NCBI GenBank assembly: GCA_964627245.1
Contig: CAZVGS010000001.1
Coordinates: 25,256 to 89,255 of the forward strand
DNA from: an uncultured Gammaproteobacteria bacterium
GTDB taxonomy: Bacteria; Patescibacteriota; Microgenomatia; Levybacterales; GWA1-39-11
Direction of reading: 5' to 3'
Length of the DNA: 64,000 nt
The notes beneath the pieces are model-generated. The model saw only the letters and a program-made list of their open reading frames with translations, did not search any database and was not told the origin of the DNA. This document shows positions 38,133-48,295 of the stretch, in pieces; the stretch's first letter is position 1; each line of letters starts with the position of its first letter. The position numbers were made by a program, and so were the translations under genes.

Positions 38133-39257
38133 TTAAATTATCTCCTTAACATAGTTAACCAACTGCTTTGCTACCGCTTTGGGCGTAAATTTTTTACGGA
38201 AAAGCTTGTACCCATTTTTAGCTATTTTTACCCTTAAGGCTGGGTTATTTTTTAGTTCAACAATTGCTTTTGCTAAAGCCTTTGGATCAGCAGGCTTTAC
38301 AAGATACATATTGTCTTTGTGCTTAAACATACTTCTTGTTACAGGAGCATCCGCAGTCATAACTACTCTGCCAAGAGAAAGCCCTTGGTAGACTTTATTA
38401 GGAATTATTCTATCAACGCTTGGGTGCTTTTGAAGAAAGCCCAAAAATATATCTGCGGATTGCATGACTGGCAAATGCTCACTCACTGGAACATTGTGAT
38501 AGAACTTTAAGTTTTTAAGCTTAAGTTTTTCAGCAAGATTCCTATTTTTTTCGTAGGTGTTGCCTTGACCAACAAAGGAAAATGTAACATTTTTGTCATT
38601 TCTCAAAAGATGCGCTGCCTTAACAATGTGTTCTACTCCATGAACCGGACTGTATAGGCCGTAATATACAACATGCACTTTCTTACTTTTCGTATTTTTG
38701 TAAGGTGTGTACTTATAGCCTGCATCATCAGCACCAATTGGAAGAACTCTCAGCTTCTTCTCGTTTAGATTAAAATCCCGCTTCAAATGCTCATATTGAA
38801 AAGGGGTGTCTGCAAAAACCATGTCGCAGGCCTTGTAACATAGTGCCTCGGCAAGCTTTATGGACCTACCCAGAAGTGATGTTCTTTTTAGAATCCCTTG
38901 CTCGTCGGAAAATCCATTGTAAATTATAAGCAAAGGGTTGAATACAAGTTTTTTCCCAAAAATCTTTGCGAATGGATAGGCAAGGAATACATCAAAATGC
39001 CCAGGATAACCAACATATATTGCATCGGTTTTAGCAAATTTGTCAAAATTTCTGAAAATTTCAACAAAAATCTTATACTTCCTTAGGATCCGCTGAAGCA
39101 ATTTCACAAATGACATCTCATTTTTCTCAGTTAATTTTGTAACTTCTATATGCGAGTTTATCTCAACAACTTTGATATTGTTTTCCGCAAGACCGCGAAG
39201 CATCATTTTATTTGATGTGTAATTCTTATCGTATGTACCAAAAAAGCAAATTTTCAT
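38133..39257 (-). CDS. Glycosyltransferase family 4
   Basis: GT-B C-terminal features YGLYSPVHGVE and IPNKVYQGL. Confidence 0.85.
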   Translation of the reverse strand: MKICFFGTYDKNYTSNKMMLRGLAENNIKVVEINSHIEVTKLTEKNEMSFVKLLQRILRKYKIFVEIFRNFDKFAKTDAIYVGYPGHFDVFLAYPFAKIFGKKLVFNPLLIIYNGFSDEQGILKRTSLLGRSIKLAEALCYKACDMVFADTPFQYEHLKRDFNLNEKKLRVLPIGADDAGYKYTPYKNTKSKKVHVVYYGLYSPVHGVEHIVKAAHLLRNDKNVTFSFVGQGNTYEKNRNLAEKLKLKNLKFYHNVPVSEHLPVMQSADIFLGFLQKHPSVDRIIPNKVYQGLSLGRVVMTADAPVTRSMFKHKDNMYLVKPADPKALAKAIVELKNNPALRVKIAKNGYKLFRKKFTPKAVAKQLVNYVKEII

Positions 39258-39258
39258 A

Positions 39259-40161
39259 TTAATTAAAAGCCTTAGAGCTCTTGCTGACACTCCATGTAGA
39301 AGTTGTCATCCTCTCAACTCTAGCGTTAATTTTCATTTTTATAAGAATCCCAAAATATATTAAAAAAGTGAGCGGATATCTAACCAAATACTTTATGGAA
39401 TGCTTAATAACTATTGACCTAGGCAGTCTTATTTCTGACTTCAAAAAAGTACTGCCAAAAACTCGCTTTAATTGTTTGTAGGAGTTAAAAAACCTAACAC
39501 TTTGTTTTTTGTGATCCTGTAGAGTCTGCGGAAGACGGTAATATACATTGGCGTTTCTTGCAAAGCGGTATGTATACCCATTGGCAATTGCAAAAAGGTA
39601 TGAAAATGCGTCTTCGGCTACAATACTCTCATCAAATTTCATTTTTTTATAGAGTCTTTTAGTAAGAGCCCTTGCTCTTCCATGGCACGTATAGATGTTG
39701 TCGCCATTTTTATAATCCTCAAAAATTTCCTTTTTCAGGTTCATGCTAATTTTGAGAACCTGTTCAAGCTTCGAATGTGCCCAGTACTCTTTGACCCTTG
39801 CGGATGTCAGGTCAGCATCTTTATTAAGAACTGGGTCAATAAGCTTGCACAAGAGCATAGGATCCTTAATCAGAATGTCTGCATCAAGATGTACAAGAAT
39901 GTCTGAAGTTGTCTCTTTTGCTATTAAATTAAGAGCATATGCCTTTCCTCTTCTTTTCTTATTCTCGAAAAGCACTATTCTTTTATCTTTAATTGCCCGT
40001 ACTTTTCTAACAGTGCTGTCTGTACAATTGTCAGCGACAACAACTAGTTTATCTATGTCATATGTCACATTTTTTTGACTTAAGACGGAAAACACAAGGC
40101 TTTGGATGTTAGCCTCTTCGTTATATGCCGGTATGCCGATAGTTATGGTAGTTTTTTTCAT
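39259..40161 (-). CDS. Glycosyltransferase family 2
   Basis: IPAYNEE, DNCTD, LDAD and AED. Confidence 0.9.
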   Translation of the reverse strand: MKKTTITIGIPAYNEEANIQSLVFSVLSQKNVTYDIDKLVVVADNCTDSTVRKVRAIKDKRIVLFENKKRRGKAYALNLIAKETTSDILVHLDADILIKDPMLLCKLIDPVLNKDADLTSARVKEYWAHSKLEQVLKISMNLKKEIFEDYKNGDNIYTCHGRARALTKRLYKKMKFDESIVAEDAFSYLFAIANGYTYRFARNANVYYRLPQTLQDHKKQSVRFFNSYKQLKRVFGSTFLKSEIRLPRSIVIKHSIKYLVRYPLTFLIYFGILIKMKINARVERMTTSTWSVSKSSKAFN

Positions 40162-40163
40162 AA

Positions 40164-41081
40164 TTACATAAAAATTCCTATTTTTGAGGAAAACGTTAGT
40201 TCCCATTTTCCATTTTTTGACGCAGCCTTCCTTAGCGGAAATAGTCTAATAAATAGATTCATAGCAACCGATCCCGTTGTATATACAGGGTTCTTAAGAA
40301 AGAATTTAATGGTTGATCCTAAAAGCAACCTTCTTGGCATGTAATACTCTTTCATTATTTCTTCACCAATTGTTTGTCTGACACTTTTTTTATCTTCAGT
40401 AGTTGACCGCAACCCAAGAACTCTCCAGTCATGGAGTGTACTTACTGTTCTCATGTAGACTTCGGCTTTCTTACAGAATACGTAGCCGTTCTTATTATTT
40501 TGGGTTGCTTTCGCATAAAGATAATTTTGATCAGAAATAGTGTTTTTTGGATAAAAGATATTCCTTGCAAACTCGGTTCTTACCAATTGGGCTGCACCCA
40601 TTAGTGAATAAATGTTGTTTCCGCGATTCAATTTCATGACAGCATCCTCAAAACTTTCATAAGAGTAGTTACTGAGAATTCCAAAAAAGCTCTTCTGGTG
40701 TACTGGTATAAAGCGTGCACCAACGACATTCACATTCTTCTCAATCTTCTCAACCAAATTTTTTATAGTATCAGTATTCTTAAGAACAACATCGCCATCC
40801 AAAGACAATATAAAATCCCCTGTAGCAATCCTATAAAGTTCATTTAGTCTTTGTGCTTTACCCTTCCTTCGCCCATCAGCCAAAAGAGAAATATTTGGGT
40901 GTTGGTTTGCAAAATCTCTCACAACATCTTTTGTACCATCATGAGAACCATCATCGAGCACCAAAATTTCCTTAATGGAAAAATTACTTCCTTTTTGCCT
41001 ATAAATCGATTCCAAAAGATTGAGAATGTTTCTTTCTTCATTAAGTACTGGTATGGCGACTGTTATAGTTACTTTTTTCAT
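40164..41081 (-). CDS. Glycosyltransferase family 2
   Basis: IPVLNEE, DDGSHD and LDGD. Confidence 0.9.
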   Translation of the reverse strand: MKKVTITVAIPVLNEERNILNLLESIYRQKGSNFSIKEILVLDDGSHDGTKDVVRDFANQHPNISLLADGRRKGKAQRLNELYRIATGDFILSLDGDVVLKNTDTIKNLVEKIEKNVNVVGARFIPVHQKSFFGILSNYSYESFEDAVMKLNRGNNIYSLMGAAQLVRTEFARNIFYPKNTISDQNYLYAKATQNNKNGYVFCKKAEVYMRTVSTLHDWRVLGLRSTTEDKKSVRQTIGEEIMKEYYMPRRLLLGSTIKFFLKNPVYTTGSVAMNLFIRLFPLRKAASKNGKWELTFSSKIGIFM

Positions 41082-41082
41082 A

Positions 41083-43545
41083 TTAATTTCTATTGAACGA
41101 CGGTAGTGATATGCTTGGGATAATTCCCTTTGACTTCTGTCGTGCTTCGATATTTGTGAGATTGTAAAATTTTTGGGCATTTTTCTTCCAGCTAAATTCT
41201 TGTGCCCATGCATATGCCTGCTCAGAAAACCTTAATCTTACATTTTCCTTCAAAAATAGCTTTTTTATCGTTCTTTCAAACTCGTCTATATTGTTAAGCG
41301 CAACTAAAAAGCCTGTTTTGTTATGAAGAACAGAATCCCTGAGACCATTGACCCTTGATGCTATGACCGGCGTTTTATAGGCATTTGCTTCAATAACAGT
41401 AATTCCCCACCCTTCAACCGATGAAGGCTGGACGGCAGCCCAGCTTTGTGAAAGTAACTTTGCTTTCCTTCTCTCGCTGACCTTTCCTGCAAATATTACA
41501 TTTTTCTGGATGTTAAGACCTTTAACAAGCTTTTTAAGCGTTGTCAGACTTTCCCCTTCCCCGGCAATGGTAAATTTGGCGTTGGGAATGTCAGCTAGAA
41601 TTCGTGCAAAAGCCTTTATTGCAACATCCACATTCTTGTAGTTCTTAAGTCTTCCAAGGTACAGCAATGACGGATAAGAAGTCTTAGGATGCATCTTTCC
41701 GCTTAATGTGATACCGGGATTGACTATTTGTATATTCTCCGGCTTTGCAATTTTTGCCCGTAAAATTTCATTTCTTGAGGACTTTGAGACGGTAACCACA
41801 ATGCTGTTTCTATAAATAAATGGCATCGCTTTTCCTTCTAAAAATTTAGCCACGTATGACAATGGGAATTTAAGGTGCTGCATAAAAATGTCTTGATGAA
41901 CATGATGGATGAGTAAAATGACTTTTCTCGTGCTAAAAAGAGGAGCAAAAAATGGAATTCCGTTTTCCGAGTCGATAATAACGTCATAGGAATTTCTTAA
42001 CTTGAATATATAGTAGACCGCAGCCCAAAAGTACACGGTGTAAAACCCCCCGCGTCTAAGAATAAGAATTCCGTCAATGACTTCATTTGTTCTGCATTTT
42101 CCGTCATTTCCACAAAAAATTGTTACGTTGTTGCCTGCCTTTTTCCATTCACGGGCGAGTTCACGGATGTATACCTCGGCTCCGCCGGACCACAAATGCT
42201 TTGTATCCCGCCAGTTAAATATAAGTATGTTTTTTCCATCGGTCGGAGCCAGGGGTATGGGTCGCAAAAGATCCGGTATAAGCCGTATGTTGCTCCACAA
42301 AGCATAAAGCCTTGTATTGAGCATATGAACGGTAAGTGTTACTCCGAGGCTCACAAAGCCTAAAAATGCCATAACAACAGCAATTTCTCCTACATTGCTG
42401 TGAAATGTTGCTATTAAGATTACTTGTACTGTTGCTAATATGAAGCCGAGAATTGGAAGCATGTGATACCCTTTAATTTGATGGTATGAAATGATATTGG
42501 AGGCCACTGTAAATGCAACCATTCCGGCGGTGTAAAGCCCGATATATGGCAGTATGCTTTGCGCCCTATCTCCGAATAGCAACGGCACTGTTACATCCTT
42601 GAAGGCCGAGATCACAACAAAAGCAGCAAAGCTTGACAGGAAAGTACCTATTAGAAGCTTGTTAAAAACGTTTGACTTTTTGCCCCTTCCTTCTTCAAGA
42701 CTTACCATTGGAAGTATAAATTGCGAAAGCAAAGACCCGGCAAAGTACACCATTTTTCCTATAAGAGAAAGGAGGGCATAATGCCCGGCCTGGTCTGCAG
42801 GCAGGAAATGCTTAGCAAGAATGACATCAGCAGTTATATAAAGTACTGCCGAAGCCCTTGTCAGGGCGCTTGTTGCCACGAATTTGTAGGGAAACTCATT
42901 TTTAATTTCTACTTTCTTTAGTCCTGCCTTCACAGTTCTTGTAAAGTAAGCGATAAGTGCGAATGTTACAAATGAGGAAATTGGAAGTCCCAAATATACA
43001 TATTCTCCCAAATTATTTTCGGCAAGAATAATAACAACAAGAAGCTTAGCCAAAGCATCAATAACGCCGATTGCTGCTAGTCTTCCAAAGAGTAAATTAC
43101 CGCGGATAAAACCCCCATCAATTGCAGATACCAAACCCATTATCCAAATCGGGGAAATCGCAAGAAGCGGAACTATACTATCAAGCTTGAAAAACTCCTT
43201 CAGCAAGGGAGTTGAAAGTGTCCAAAGCACAGTCACTATAAGAGCACTAAGAGCTACTCTTTTTCTCATATACTTCCAAAATTCTTTAGCCGGAATTTTG
43301 AACTTTCCTAAAATGTAAGCGCTTCTATACGTCACACTTCTCCCAAGGGCGTTTATAGGAATATCAAAGAGTGAAAAAATACTTCCAAGAAGGCTTATGG
43401 TTGCAAAATCCTCAATGCTTATGGATCTGCCAAGGTACACGTTATAAACAAAATTTATAAAATTGGCAAAAATTGTTGATCCAATAAGAACAAGCCCCCT
43501 TGTTTTGACCGAGTCTCTTTTTATAATTTTTTTAAGTAAATTCAT
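41083..43545 (-). CDS. Wzx-like flippase fused to GT4 glycosyltransferase
   Basis: Multi-TM N-terminal half; NWRD..H..SGGAE and EGWGITVIEA. Confidence 0.85.
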   Translation of the reverse strand: MNLLKKIIKRDSVKTRGLVLIGSTIFANFINFVYNVYLGRSISIEDFATISLLGSIFSLFDIPINALGRSVTYRSAYILGKFKIPAKEFWKYMRKRVALSALIVTVLWTLSTPLLKEFFKLDSIVPLLAISPIWIMGLVSAIDGGFIRGNLLFGRLAAIGVIDALAKLLVVIILAENNLGEYVYLGLPISSFVTFALIAYFTRTVKAGLKKVEIKNEFPYKFVATSALTRASAVLYITADVILAKHFLPADQAGHYALLSLIGKMVYFAGSLLSQFILPMVSLEEGRGKKSNVFNKLLIGTFLSSFAAFVVISAFKDVTVPLLFGDRAQSILPYIGLYTAGMVAFTVASNIISYHQIKGYHMLPILGFILATVQVILIATFHSNVGEIAVVMAFLGFVSLGVTLTVHMLNTRLYALWSNIRLIPDLLRPIPLAPTDGKNILIFNWRDTKHLWSGGAEVYIRELAREWKKAGNNVTIFCGNDGKCRTNEVIDGILILRRGGFYTVYFWAAVYYIFKLRNSYDVIIDSENGIPFFAPLFSTRKVILLIHHVHQDIFMQHLKFPLSYVAKFLEGKAMPFIYRNSIVVTVSKSSRNEILRAKIAKPENIQIVNPGITLSGKMHPKTSYPSLLYLGRLKNYKNVDVAIKAFARILADIPNAKFTIAGEGESLTTLKKLVKGLNIQKNVIFAGKVSERRKAKLLSQSWAAVQPSSVEGWGITVIEANAYKTPVIASRVNGLRDSVLHNKTGFLVALNNIDEFERTIKKLFLKENVRLRFSEQAYAWAQEFSWKKNAQKFYNLTNIEARQKSKGIIPSISLPSFNRN

Positions 43546-43546
43546 A

Positions 43547-45790
43547 TTAAAAGATAATTGAAATAGCATATCTCACAGGCTTTAGAATGATTTTAGGAAT
43601 GTCAAACTCCTTATTTGTTTTTTTGGATTTTCTTATCAGGTGAAGTCCGTGAACTGTTTTTTCCCAATAATGGGGCTTGAATATAAGCTGGTGAAGCGCC
43701 ATAAACCCGGCAATACTTATAGCAATCCAATAAATTGGAATGAGAAATGTGTACTTAATAATCCCGTACTCCTTTCTTTTCATAGCACCAACCATGTAGT
43801 AATACATAAAGAAGAAGTTCCCGAAGACAAGTGATGTTACAGCCATATAAAAAACAATTGAAGGATAAAGCCTTTCAATCGACGGTCCCACAAATGAATA
43901 CAATGTGAAGTAGGAAATTGTTGCGACCCACAAAAATGGATTTATGAGTATAAAAGCAATCTTGCCACCTATGATTAAGTGAAAAATCGGAAAATGTCTG
44001 CCGTGCTCTTTTGCAAATTTAAGACTTTCTCTGGTATGGACAAGATAAGTTTGCATATATCCTTTAATCCACCGTGATCTTTGTCTAATCCAATTTCCCC
44101 ATTTAGAATTTGCTTCCTCCAGAGTGGTCGACTCAATAATCGCCGTTTTATATCCCAGCTTGAATAGTCTCATTCCAAGATCTGCATCTTCAGTTACATT
44201 GAATGGATCCCACCCTTCAAGTCTGTGAAGATCTATTGTCCGGAAATGATTGGAAGTTCCACCAAGCGGAATACTCGTATTGATAGACTGAAGACCTGTG
44301 AGGCTCACATCAAACCATAAAGAATACTCAGCTGTGAAAAACCGTGTTAATAAATTTTGATAAGGATTATAGTAATTCAGCTTTGCCTGAAGACAGATAA
44401 CATTTCTCGGTACTTTTTGGAAAGCAAGATAGGCTTTTTTCAGCTGTTGAGGTTCGGGCTTATCCTCGGCATCAAAAATAACAAGATATTCTCCCTTTGC
44501 AAAAGATAGACCGTAGTTGCAAGCCTTCGGCTTGGTTTTTGGCTGGGAGTCAGGGACAACTACAGCCCTTACGTAGGATGGTAAATGCATTTTCTTTACT
44601 TTGGCTATTGATTCCCTATCGTCTTCTTCAAGAAGAAGCATGACGTCAAGCTTCTCCTTAGGCCAATTAAGTTGATCAATTGAGCGCAAGAAATGTGGAA
44701 TAACGTGAGCTTCACGATAAAGAGGGCAAAGAATTGTGTAGATTGGAAGAGTGTCATTCTCCAGAGCATTTAAGGTAGTCGGATGTATATCGATTTCCTG
44801 TGTATTTCTTAGACTTTTAAGAACAAGGTATAAATTAAACAATGTGTCCGAGAAGTAAATAAAGCTTAACGTTGCGACTAGAATGGATAGAGTCAGCATC
44901 GGATTTGCAACCATCCCTACCAAAAATATTACAAAAAGCAAACGGATGAAATTTTTTTGTTTTGTAGTAAATGTTGTAATAGAGCTCGCCTTATGAGAGA
45001 GGGTTGTATGAGTGACATAGTGTCTTTTTTTATGTCTCAACCCGGCTCCTCTCATGGAGCCGTCAATTTTAGAATTAAATGCTTGAGGACCGACCTTATT
45101 TAGCTTGAGCCGGATTGCGTTTCCGCCTATTTCAAATATTGTTTTTATTGCCCCGACATTTGACGATCCCGAACTTCTTTTTTCAAAGCTTATTTCGTGG
45201 TTATTAATTTCGTAGCCAGCCTCTGTTGCCTTGTACAAAAATTCCAAGTCAAATGTCCATGCCGAACTGGGATAGACCCGTACAACATCAATTACTTCCT
45301 TCCTAAACAACTTCAATCCGGATTGGATGTCATGGTCAAGACCAAAGAGGGTCTTTCCGAATCCAAATCTAAATCCACGGCTTAACACTTTTCTAAAAAA
45401 GCTGTCCTTATATTTTTTCCTATTAGCAACAACAATGTCACAGGCTTTAAGTTTTTCAGCCATTTCAAAAACAGCTTCAGGAGGATATTGCAGATCTGCA
45501 TCGATAAATGCGATATTCTCGTATTTAGCGTAAGAGAAGCCCTCCAACAAGGAGTAAGACTTTCCTCTTTTTCCCCTTTTTAGGTAAAATGAAACTGGAT
45601 ATATAGTTGAGAGAACTGAGGCAATTTGTCTGGTTTTGTCTGTCGAGTGATCGTCCACAACAATTATTTCAAAATCGTAACCTTTGTTAAGAAGGGTAAT
45701 ATTGATCCGTTCAACAAGAGCAGTAATATTTTCTTCCTCGTTACGGGTTGGAACAATAATTGACAACTCTTTTTTGATTTTTTTGTTCAT
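43547..45790 (-). CDS. Double GT2 fusion: polyprenol-phosphate glycosyltransferase plus processive GT2
   Basis: N-domain DDHSTD and DADLQYPP; C-domain KPKACN, FDAED, VTEDADLG and QRSRW with TM helices. Confidence 0.88.
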   Translation of the reverse strand: MNKKIKKELSIIVPTRNEEENITALVERINITLLNKGYDFEIIVVDDHSTDKTRQIASVLSTIYPVSFYLKRGKRGKSYSLLEGFSYAKYENIAFIDADLQYPPEAVFEMAEKLKACDIVVANRKKYKDSFFRKVLSRGFRFGFGKTLFGLDHDIQSGLKLFRKEVIDVVRVYPSSAWTFDLEFLYKATEAGYEINNHEISFEKRSSGSSNVGAIKTIFEIGGNAIRLKLNKVGPQAFNSKIDGSMRGAGLRHKKRHYVTHTTLSHKASSITTFTTKQKNFIRLLFVIFLVGMVANPMLTLSILVATLSFIYFSDTLFNLYLVLKSLRNTQEIDIHPTTLNALENDTLPIYTILCPLYREAHVIPHFLRSIDQLNWPKEKLDVMLLLEEDDRESIAKVKKMHLPSYVRAVVVPDSQPKTKPKACNYGLSFAKGEYLVIFDAEDKPEPQQLKKAYLAFQKVPRNVICLQAKLNYYNPYQNLLTRFFTAEYSLWFDVSLTGLQSINTSIPLGGTSNHFRTIDLHRLEGWDPFNVTEDADLGMRLFKLGYKTAIIESTTLEEANSKWGNWIRQRSRWIKGYMQTYLVHTRESLKFAKEHGRHFPIFHLIIGGKIAFILINPFLWVATISYFTLYSFVGPSIERLYPSIVFYMAVTSLVFGNFFFMYYYMVGAMKRKEYGIIKYTFLIPIYWIAISIAGFMALHQLIFKPHYWEKTVHGLHLIRKSKKTNKEFDIPKIILKPVRYAISIIF

Positions 45791-45791
45791 A

Positions 45792-45980
45792 TTAGTGAGT
45801 AACTCTGTGATTCTTAACAAAGCCTTCCAGGGCATTTTTTTCAACCCTGTAATGACCACCAAATTCCACTGCAGGCAAGTCTCCTTCTTTGATATATTTG
45901 TAAATTGTGAGAACAGAAAGCTTGAGGTGAGATGCTACCTCTTGCACGGTTAGTAGTTCGTTAATCTCGTTATATCCCAT
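45792..45980 (-). CDS. HTH_17 (excisionase/MerR-like) DNA-binding protein
   Basis: LLTVQEVASHLKLSVLTIYKYIKEGDLPA..GGHYRV. Confidence 0.88.
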   Translation of the reverse strand: MGYNEINELLTVQEVASHLKLSVLTIYKYIKEGDLPAVEFGGHYRVEKNALEGFVKNHRVTH

Positions 45981-45986
45981 ATTAAA

Positions 45987-46031
45987 TAGTTATAAGATGT
46001 GAATTATAACTACTCTAGCCTATATTGTCAA
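45987..46031 (-). promoter_or_regulatory. Glycan-operon promoter with overlapping inverted repeat
   Basis: TTGACA(46031)-17-TATAAT; TAGTTATAA-N8-TTATAACTA at 45987-46012. Confidence 0.75.
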
Positions 46032-46093
46032 CTATAGGGTATCTATTAGGAATAATCAGTTATATTAAGTAGTGCCAGGTAAGGTTTGGCGAG

Positions 46094-47467
46094 CTAAACG
46101 CTAAAGAAGTTTTGTTTTGTATTCAACCAGAAATTCTCCTGACGGGTCAAATATTTGACGTCAGCTGAGTTGTCTAGCATAAATTTTATAGCCTCCTCAA
46201 GATAAAGTGTGTTTTGAGAACCCTTGACTAAAATAATTGCATCCTGGGGTAATTCTTCTTTCAAATGAAGCCCTGCCTGAACTGCATTCTTATACCACAC
46301 AACATTTTGTGTCCGGTTCTTACGGCCGGAGTATGATTTAACAACAGGAACAATATATTCTTGGGTCAATGGTCCTACACAATAAAGCTGATCTACGCAT
46401 TTGGCAATCGCATGGGCAACTTCTTCATGCTCTCCTTTTGCCTCATTTCCTAGCTCCCGCATATCTCCCATCAAAAAAACTGTCGGTTTTTTCGTCTTGT
46501 TTTTCAATATTTTTAATAGCGATAGAAAAGAAAGCACAGTGGATTTTGATGAATTGTATGAGGAATCGATAATTATAGAATTTTTAATTCCCTTCAAAAG
46601 GGTAGATCTTCCTTTAGGTAGTGCAAAATTTTTCTCCAGAGACTCTTTTATCTGAGAGTATGAAAGACCAAGCGCGTGGCATGCTAAGATAACTGCGCCA
46701 AATCCTTCTTGCGATACTGGAGGTAGCAACATATCCGAAAATGATAACTCAAGAGTACTTCTTTTTTGCCTTGAGTTAACCAAATAAGTAAATTTGGTCC
46801 TTTTTAGTGAAATATCATACCCGTTGAATGATATTGTATTCTTCTTTTCTTTTCCGAATGTAAGAAGAGTTACTGTCGCCCTGTCAGCATTTTTTTCGAT
46901 ATTTTTTGAAAGCAGGTGGTCATCACTATTATAAATGCCTATCTTCGTATATCCGTTTGTAATAATTTTACTATCCTCCTGTGCAATCTTTCCGACTAAA
47001 AAATCAAGCGAATTTTTGTATTTTTTCTGCAAAAGCTTCTCAAACTGTAAAGTATGAGTGGCAGTTGCATTAAGATCAATTGCCATATCAGGCTTAATAA
47101 TTGTAAGCAAATATGACATATTTTTCGGAGGTTCGGGATCGTCTATTCCCATCTCCACGACCAAATATTGGATTCCCTTGAGGTTAAAAATTCGAACAGG
47201 CGCTTTTAGCAACGTTTTTAGCCAATTTTTTTTATTAAACCCGTCAATTTCAATACCAAGAATTCCAAGAGGAATTCCGGTTTCTGAATTTCCGCTTACT
47301 ACCTTAACTAAAAAGTAGTCTTTCAAAACGGCAAATAAAGCATTTCTTGTGGAAGACTTGCCAACGGATCCGGCCACTCCAATAACATACGGTTTGTGAA
47401 TATAAAGGGCAAGCCTCGCCCAAAATCGCAAGTAGTATAAAACACACCAAACTGCAAAATTACGCAT
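46094..47467 (-). CDS. murF: Mur ligase (MurF-like)
   Basis: GSVGKSS, VEMG, IDSSYNSS, MGDMRELG and LVKGSQ. Confidence 0.8.
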   Translation of the reverse strand: MRNFAVWCVLYYLRFWARLALYIHKPYVIGVAGSVGKSSTRNALFAVLKDYFLVKVVSGNSETGIPLGILGIEIDGFNKKNWLKTLLKAPVRIFNLKGIQYLVVEMGIDDPEPPKNMSYLLTIIKPDMAIDLNATATHTLQFEKLLQKKYKNSLDFLVGKIAQEDSKIITNGYTKIGIYNSDDHLLSKNIEKNADRATVTLLTFGKEKKNTISFNGYDISLKRTKFTYLVNSRQKRSTLELSFSDMLLPPVSQEGFGAVILACHALGLSYSQIKESLEKNFALPKGRSTLLKGIKNSIIIDSSYNSSKSTVLSFLSLLKILKNKTKKPTVFLMGDMRELGNEAKGEHEEVAHAIAKCVDQLYCVGPLTQEYIVPVVKSYSGRKNRTQNVVWYKNAVQAGLHLKEELPQDAIILVKGSQNTLYLEEAIKFMLDNSADVKYLTRQENFWLNTKQNFFSV

Positions 47468-47554
47468 AAGGATATTATACAGCCTCAATCAATTTTAGCC
47501 TAATTTCGAAATAATACTTGACTAACATTTGTCATCTAATATATATTGGTACTC

Positions 47555-48043
47555 ATGGATGATACAAAAGACGAAGTCGTAATTGACGGACAACTTGAGG
47601 AGACGTCTCAGGAAAATCTACCCGTAGCAACGGTGGAACAAGCTCAACCTGAAAATCAAGCGGAGCTTGTCGTGAGCCTCACGAATTTAATTAATTCTAA
47701 TTTGACGGAAATTGAGAATATTGAAAAAGAAATTTCCCAAACAAAAGAAATGGTTGATAGCGTGCTGGCCAATGATGAAACTTATCAAAAACATGCTGAA
47801 GCCTCAAAGGAAGCATCGAGAATAAAAGGAAACACAAAGAAGGAAATTTTCAAAAGACCAGACGTCAAGCACGTTGTTGAAAAGTTGACCGAGCTGAAAG
47901 ACAATTTGTCAGATACTCGGGGGGAGTTATCAAATTACATACAGGAATACGCTCAAGCATCAGGTCAAAATTACTTTGAGGCCGAAGATGGAACAATCCA
48001 GGAGATTGTTTACGTTGCAAAGCTCCGCAAAAAATCCGCATAA
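47555..48043 (+). CDS. Conserved hypothetical coiled-coil protein
   Basis: Clean ORF with an upstream TTGACT promoter; predicted helical. Confidence 0.75.
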   Translation: MDDTKDEVVIDGQLEETSQENLPVATVEQAQPENQAELVVSLTNLINSNLTEIENIEKEISQTKEMVDSVLANDETYQKHAEASKEASRIKGNTKKEIFKRPDVKHVVEKLTELKDNLSDTRGELSNYIQEYAQASGQNYFEAEDGTIQEIVYVAKLRKKSA

Positions 48044-48295
48044 TTTGCTTTTTGTCTTTTCCAATTAATATAAGGTCATCTTTTTTAGTGAACGTAATGA
48101 TAAATTTAGACTAATCAAGCTATCAGATCAGAAAATTCAAGTGCATAAAATTTGAGTTGAAAAAAAATAGAAAAATCGCATAAAGAAAAATTACAAAAAA
48201 AATACCGCAGGTTAATGAATATCATTCTGAAATTTTTCAGAACCTTTCGCTGAATTACTTCAGCACAATATTCATACCACCTGCGGTACAATTTT

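Noticed and set aside
45792-45980. Excisionase as evidence of a mobile element
   Set aside because: No integrase or att site; the gene is coupled to the glycosyltransferase operon and fits a regulator.
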